IMG/VR virus record: IMGVR_UViG_3300009183_000045
DNA: 64,000 nucleotides
From: a virus
Taxonomy: Duplodnaviria; Caudoviricetes
Reading direction: 5' to 3' (one strand)
The notes below the pieces were generated by a model. The model saw only the letters and a program-made list of their open reading frames with translations. It searched no databases and had not been told where the DNA came from. Both the position numbers and the translations under genes were made by a program. Shown here piece by piece: positions 59,763 through 64,000 of this stretch. How positions within the stretch are numbered: position 1 is the stretch's first letter; the number at the start of each line of letters is the position of its first letter.

Positions 59763-60149
59763 ATGAAACAGTGGCCCAAAATTAATAGTAAAGTAACTTT
59801 CAAAGGGACTCACATGTTCTGGTTTGTTAACATCGTCAAAGACGCCAATGAACTTCTAGAGGTCGGTAAAGAATACACAATTACCAAATTAGAATTAGCA
59901 TCTAGTTGGTGTGCAGTGATTCTAGAAGAATTTCCTGATCATAAATTCTCTTTGAGTTTCTTTGATTACGTTGAAGAATTGACAACCGAAGAGCAGCAAT
60001 CTATTGAAAAGTATGAATACACTTCTTTAAAAGATATCAGAGATAGAGTAAATTTAGAAGCTTGCGATAAGTGTTCAGATTTGATGAAGTTGTATGATAC
60101 CGATATCAGTCTTATATTAAAAGCTTTTGATCACAAATTAAAAAAATGA
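59763..60149 (+). CDS. Hypothetical protein
   Basis: ORF from ATG 59763. Confidence 0.55.
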   Translation: MKQWPKINSKVTFKGTHMFWFVNIVKDANELLEVGKEYTITKLELASSWCAVILEEFPDHKFSLSFFDYVEELTTEEQQSIEKYEYTSLKDIRDRVNLEACDKCSDLMKLYDTDISLILKAFDHKLKK

Positions 60150-60179
60150 ACAACAAACAGATCTTAAAAAAATAATACC

Positions 60180-60407
60180 ATGAAACCTACAGCAGGAAAA
60201 TATTACACAATTAATTATTCAAATTCAGAAGAGCTTATGCAATCTTATATGGGCGTTGGAGAGTGTCTTCAGGATATGGGTGATGGACGATATAAGTTTA
60301 TTCTCCCTCATACTAATTTACTGGGATTTTTCTCAGAAGAAGATGTGGTAGCAGAACATGAACCATATAAACGATCTCTAGGAGATCGAGCAATAGGAAG
60401 AGCTTAG
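60180..60407 (+). CDS. Hypothetical protein, similar to 44899..45126
   Basis: GKYYTINY...YMGVGEC...FFSEEDV versus GKSYYIDY...YCGKGIY...WFSTGDI. Confidence 0.55.
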   Translation: MKPTAGKYYTINYSNSEELMQSYMGVGECLQDMGDGRYKFILPHTNLLGFFSEEDVVAEHEPYKRSLGDRAIGRA

Positions 60408-60517
60408 GTAAATGACTAAACTACTTTACATTCTATTTGAGTGCGAAATATATTGGGGATAGAGAGTAATATACGGAATAACGTATAACTTAATTTTATC
60501 CAATCTACAGTATAATC

Positions 60518-60721
60518 ATGAATAACGATATTAATTTTGGTAGTTTATTTTACTCGGAAAAAGATAATTTGTTGATCTTTGCTAGAGGTTTGACAAAGTA
60601 CGATAAAAATCGAGTTTGGTACACAATTGTAAATTGTCATCATCTTCATGAAGACACATCACATTGTTCCATTGAAGAATTTAAACAAAATTTTAAACGT
60701 GTAGGATGGATTGAAGAATAG
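60518..60721 (+). CDS. Hypothetical protein
   Basis: ORF; TATAAT immediately upstream. Confidence 0.5.
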   Translation: MNNDINFGSLFYSEKDNLLIFARGLTKYDKNRVWYTIVNCHHLHEDTSHCSIEEFKQNFKRVGWIEE

Positions 60722-60745
60722 AAGATTGACAACGCTATAAAGAAT

Positions 60746-61186
60746 ATGAAAGACACAAACGAAGAACACTACACAATCAATATGGAAACGCACTACATTA
60801 TCCAATACACACGAGGGAGCTATTCTTGGATAGGGGCCGATATAGGTAAGATCAAGTATTACCTTACTATCGAAGAAGCAAGGAAAGACATTGAAAAGGT
60901 ATTCAAAGATGAGCACAGCTTTCATGTAGACGAAGCTGCTATTATTGAATGGAAGAAGACTCCTGTACTTGTTAAGAAGAACATCAAACCTGTTATTGAG
61001 TCTAAAACTACCTTTGATGTAGAGATCTATGATAGGAATGAAAGTAAATGGTGTGCTAGGTATCATGGCTTTGAGACTTTTAAACTGGCTCAGGATTATA
61101 TTAAGGAAAATACAAGAAACCCTCTTTATTCCCAGAACTATCGTGTCGTACAAAGAGATGTAACCGTAAAGACTTCCGTTGTTTAA
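60746..61186 (+). CDS. Hypothetical protein with two similar halves
   Basis: YIIQY..SW...YLTIEEARKDI versus FDVEIY..KW...FETFKLAQDYI. Confidence 0.55.
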   Translation: MKDTNEEHYTINMETHYIIQYTRGSYSWIGADIGKIKYYLTIEEARKDIEKVFKDEHSFHVDEAAIIEWKKTPVLVKKNIKPVIESKTTFDVEIYDRNESKWCARYHGFETFKLAQDYIKENTRNPLYSQNYRVVQRDVTVKTSVV

Positions 61187-61187
61187 T

Positions 61188-61313
61188 ATGGATATCTTTA
61201 CAACTATTATAGGAGGATGTGTTTGTACTGTAGTTCTGTGTTTGACTATGCTAACAATAGCTTTTACTCTTATTAAGATAAGAGATTTTATTGAAGACAT
61301 TAAAGGAGGTTAA
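61188..61313 (+). CDS. 41-aa membrane protein
   Basis: Read by hand. Confidence 0.45.
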   Translation: MDIFTTIIGGCVCTVVLCLTMLTIAFTLIKIRDFIEDIKGG

Positions 61314-61314
61314 T

Positions 61315-61473
61315 ATGGAAACTAATGAACTTAGATCTTTAGTTCTTTCCATTCTGCAAGAAGATGCAAAACGTAAAAATGCTGAACTTGATAAAGCAAG
61401 AAATCAAACTCTTATTGTATTGACAATTCTTTTTGTTTTGTTTCTTGTGGTCAAAATGATTAAACATATTTAA
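61315..61473 (+). CDS. Small membrane protein
   Basis: Hydrophobic C-terminal segment; GGAGG upstream. Confidence 0.5.
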   Translation: METNELRSLVLSILQEDAKRKNAELDKARNQTLIVLTILFVLFLVVKMIKHI

Positions 61474-61488
61474 GAATGTGTAAAGAAT

Positions 61489-61713
61489 ATGAATAAAACA
61501 CCCACTCTTAGAGAAAAAGTAAAAATGTATGAAGAACTCTTACACAAGATCAACTTAATGCAGATAGCTTGTGATAATGAAGGGATTAAAAAACTCTTGC
61601 GCAATATAGACAAGTGGTCATATATGCATCGCTGCGGTAACGGAGAATTATCAGAAAGAGAACAGCAGGAACTAATTGATAGAGCATTTCGAAAACTGAC
61701 TAATTTAGAATAA
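61489..61713 (+). CDS. Hypothetical protein
   Basis: ORF. Confidence 0.55.
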   Translation: MNKTPTLREKVKMYEELLHKINLMQIACDNEGIKKLLRNIDKWSYMHRCGNGELSEREQQELIDRAFRKLTNLE

Positions 61714-61714
61714 T

Positions 61715-61870
61715 ATGAGACTTCTAAACATTGGAGAAACCATTAAGAAGCATGACGAAGTAAATGTTCAACCATTTACAGGTGAACACTGGCCACCAAT
61801 TTGGGAAAAAGTCACTTCATTTATTGGATGGAAAGTAACAGAAGGTACATATGGAAAATACAGGAGATAA
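61715..61870 (+). CDS. 51-aa hypothetical protein
   Basis: Read by hand; fills the gap between neighbouring genes. Confidence 0.45.
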   Translation: MRLLNIGETIKKHDEVNVQPFTGEHWPPIWEKVTSFIGWKVTEGTYGKYRR

Positions 61871-61871
61871 T

Positions 61872-62093
61872 ATGGAAACAAAAGCCACGAACACACTTGT
61901 AAGACATAAGGTAGAAGACAACGTATACACTCAAACTTCCTATACAGGACAGATTAGGTGGTGTCGCAAACCATTGTACGATGAACCAACTCTCCAACAA
62001 CAAGTAACAATTAGCACTTTTGGGAATTATGTCATTACTAAACAGGAAGTTAAATGGGTCGATGTGCCTGTAGAATGGATCAAAGAAAACTAA
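61872..62093 (+). CDS. Hypothetical protein
   Basis: ORF from ATG 61872. Confidence 0.5.
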   Translation: METKATNTLVRHKVEDNVYTQTSYTGQIRWCRKPLYDEPTLQQQVTISTFGNYVITKQEVKWVDVPVEWIKEN

Positions 62094-62097
62094 TAGA

Positions 62098-62397
62098 ATG
62101 AACGAGGAAGAACATATTGAAAATTTATTACGCTGGCTAATTAGTGAAGTTAGGTCAGCAGGAGGAGATGGTGATGCTATTTGGCATTCGAAGCACAAAA
62201 CTATTGACGAGCTTGTGCCTTTTGTACTAAAAATAGACACAGAATTGAATTTAAACTGGCAGATTAAAATCCAAAAAACTCCAGAATGTTCTTGCTATCT
62301 ATCTTGGCATGATGGACAAGAATGTCTAATCATAACAAATAGCGAAAAGATGTGGAACGAAAGACCAAGCTGGAGTCAATGTTCAATTGATTGGTAA
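62098..62397 (+). CDS. Hypothetical protein
   Basis: ORF. Confidence 0.55.
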   Translation: MNEEEHIENLLRWLISEVRSAGGDGDAIWHSKHKTIDELVPFVLKIDTELNLNWQIKIQKTPECSCYLSWHDGQECLIITNSEKMWNERPSWSQCSIDW

Positions 62398-62611
62398 TAT
62401 GGCACACGACGACATTATACCTAATGACGACTTTCCTCACGACTATACAGATGAAGTAGTTTGTCCTTATTGTGGTTATGAGTTTACGGATAGTTGGGAA
62501 TTCAATGACACCCAAGATGAACAACATGTAGAGTGTCATGATTGTGGAAAAGAGTTTTTTCTTTACGTAAACGTAACTGTGGACTATTCTACTAGAAAGA
62601 AGAAGGAATAA
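62387..62611 (+). CDS. Zinc-ribbon protein
   Basis: CPYC...CHDC. Confidence 0.65.
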   Translation: MIGNMAHDDIIPNDDFPHDYTDEVVCPYCGYEFTDSWEFNDTQDEQHVECHDCGKEFFLYVNVTVDYSTRKKKE

Positions 62612-62612
62612 T

Positions 62613-62867
62613 ATGAAAGAAAGATGCTTTGCTTATCAAAATAAGAAGACTCATAGATGGTTAAAGATTAACCCCAGCATTAAAATATACTATGAAGGAT
62701 ACGGATACGGGCATTCGATCTATGACGCATTTGACAAATCTGTATTGTATTGTGTTAGGAATATTATTGAAGAAGATTTCTCTAAAACTAAATTAGAGAA
62801 CAGAGAAGATTGGCAGTTGATGGAAGTTGAGATTGAATATAACTTTACTAGAGCAAATCTGAACTAA
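62613..62867 (+). CDS. Hypothetical protein
   Basis: ORF. Confidence 0.5.
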   Translation: MKERCFAYQNKKTHRWLKINPSIKIYYEGYGYGHSIYDAFDKSVLYCVRNIIEEDFSKTKLENREDWQLMEVEIEYNFTRANLN

Positions 62868-62902
62868 TTTTAATAAAGAGCTAATTATTTTGTCAGTAAC
62901 AA

Positions 62903-63010
62903 CCAGAGAGCGTGGGCGAAAATGCCCTGCGTAGCCACGCTTACTTTCGCGAGTCCTGCTTGGGGCACTGCTGTTGGGACTCCTCGCTATAGAGCGAACC
63001 ACCTCTCTGG
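62903..63010. ncRNA. Candidate GC-rich structured ncRNA (four-way junction with possible pseudoknot)
   Basis: 65 of 108 nt are G/C; four perfect stems; intergenic. Confidence 0.6.
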
Positions 63011-63057
63011 GAAGGTTTTAATTATAAAACGCAAAATGAGATTTTTCCAAGCAAAGC

Positions 63058-63086
63058 TTGACGTCCCACAGGAAACCATCTAATAT
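63058..63086 (+). promoter_or_regulatory. Sigma70-type promoter
   Basis: TTGACG-N17-TAATAT, 6 nt before ATG 63093. Confidence 0.75.
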
Positions 63087-63092
63087 TGTAGC

Positions 63093-63326
63093 ATGACAAA
63101 GACACAACAGATAGAAGAGCTGCAACTACTTCAAGTAATTTCAGTAGCTAACTGGTTTGACAACTTCGAAGTTAACTACGATCCAGTAGACAAAAAGACA
63201 ATCATTCGAGGTTGGGCACGTTATTGCACGAACAACTTCTTCTGGACTTCAGAAGACCCAATAAAAGAGTTCTACCAAAGAATAGAGAGATTCTTTATGG
63301 AGGAAGGTAACGAGCAATTCAAATAA
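63093..63326 (+). CDS. Hypothetical protein
   Basis: Promoter upstream. Confidence 0.6.
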   Translation: MTKTQQIEELQLLQVISVANWFDNFEVNYDPVDKKTIIRGWARYCTNNFFWTSEDPIKEFYQRIERFFMEEGNEQFK

Positions 63327-63327
63327 T

Positions 63328-63543
63328 ATGGAAAATATAGAAGACATTGAAGAAGTTTCTCGTTTAGCCATTCAAGCAAAAGTAAAAAACACTTGGTTTA
63401 CTGTACATAATTTTCCAATAGGAACGGATTGGCGAGCAGCTATAGAAGATCTTAAAAATTGGAAAAATGACGAACCCAATTCTACATTTCGTTTGATTTG
63501 TACAAACATTGTTGTTGAGACAGAAATTATAGCAGAACTTTAA
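63328..63543 (+). CDS. Hypothetical protein
   Basis: ORF. Confidence 0.55.
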   Translation: MENIEDIEEVSRLAIQAKVKNTWFTVHNFPIGTDWRAAIEDLKNWKNDEPNSTFRLICTNIVVETEIIAEL

Positions 63544-63546
63544 TAA

Positions 63547-63774
63547 ATGAACAAAATAGAAATTCTTAAACTTATTCAAAGTGAAATGTTTCGAGTTAAA
63601 ACAATTGAAACACAAGGAAAGGATAATTTGGATGAACATTTAGTACACATCGAATCATTGGTAGCCTTAGTTGAAAAGGCTTTTGATCGAGGCAAAAACT
63701 ATGTTCTGAATAGACAGCATTGGGATGTAGTACCAAAAACTCGCTCTTTAGAGTATGGAGATATTGAACTATGA
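63547..63774 (+). CDS. Hypothetical protein
   Basis: ORF. Confidence 0.55.
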   Translation: MNKIEILKLIQSEMFRVKTIETQGKDNLDEHLVHIESLVALVEKAFDRGKNYVLNRQHWDVVPKTRSLEYGDIEL

Positions 63775-63998
63775 CACTAGTACAACAAATCACGTTTATA
63801 ACATTCCCACTTGCTGCATTGATTGCAATGTTTGGTGGATGGTTTGCGTATCAATTATCTCTAGAACATGTTCGGAAAGAAGATGATTTTAATAGATTCT
63901 TTTTACAAGTTATGGTAGGTGTATCTGTTGTTCTTATATTTTTTATCGTAATAATTACAAACACAACTTTTGAAAAATTGATACAATTGGGATATTAA
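63771..63998 (+). CDS. Two-TM membrane protein
   Basis: Two hydrophobic segments. Confidence 0.55.
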   Translation: MTLVQQITFITFPLAALIAMFGGWFAYQLSLEHVRKEDDFNRFFLQVMVGVSVVLIFFIVIITNTTFEKLIQLGY

Positions 63999-64000
63999 TA

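Noticed and set aside
60659-61300. 213-aa minus-strand ORF and other long antisense ORFs (55927..56427, 61821..62240, 27506..27868)
   Set aside because: They overlap coherent opposite-strand genes and have no promoter motif or recognisable domain.
62940-62990. Hammerhead, RNase P or group I intron reading of the GC-rich element (GAGGAGTCC...GGACTC GCGAAA on the minus strand)
   Set aside because: There is no CUGANGA core, no RNase P P4 partner, no recognisable P7, and the element is too short.
62793-63002. 69-aa minus-strand ORF over the structured element
   Set aside because: It opposes all neighbouring genes and its composition reflects the GC-rich stems.
1-64000. Stop-codon reassignment
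   Set aside because: Recognisable genes are full length under code 11, and TAG and TGA terminate genes at plausible positions.

Overview
This window looks like 64 kb of a large, AT-rich, T4-like (myovirus-type) phage genome. The host is probably Gram-negative, because the phage encodes an outer-membrane beta-barrel; Verrucomicrobiota is a weak guess. About 1-32 kb is a late structural region with many fibre or adhesin genes: two S74-chaperone fibres, two collagen fibres, a 14-repeat RCC1 double propeller, LamG, vWA+Ig and Gly-rich paralogues, plus a GT4 glycosyltransferase, a Dps-like gene and Hsp20. About 32-64 kb is mostly early or accessory genes: a RadA-like ATPase, two RNA ligases, a PNK-like kinase, a metallophosphoesterase, TilS, RmlB, RmlC, Ugd, a C1 protease, an AAA ATPase and dozens of small ORFs. 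The most notable observations are non-coding. (i) A tRNA-shaped gene with a 33-nt anticodon loop sits directly upstream of tilS. (ii) A 60%-GC four-way-junction RNA candidate with a possible pseudoknot lies at 62.9 kb, and a three-way-junction element at 48.9 kb. (iii) Two promoter classes, TTCCC-N12-TAnnAT and TAAATA, sit about 6 nt before ATG, implying mostly leaderless mRNAs. (iv) The hsp20 gene has complementary 5' and 3' flanks. All family assignments come from motif recognition by eye; no database search was run.
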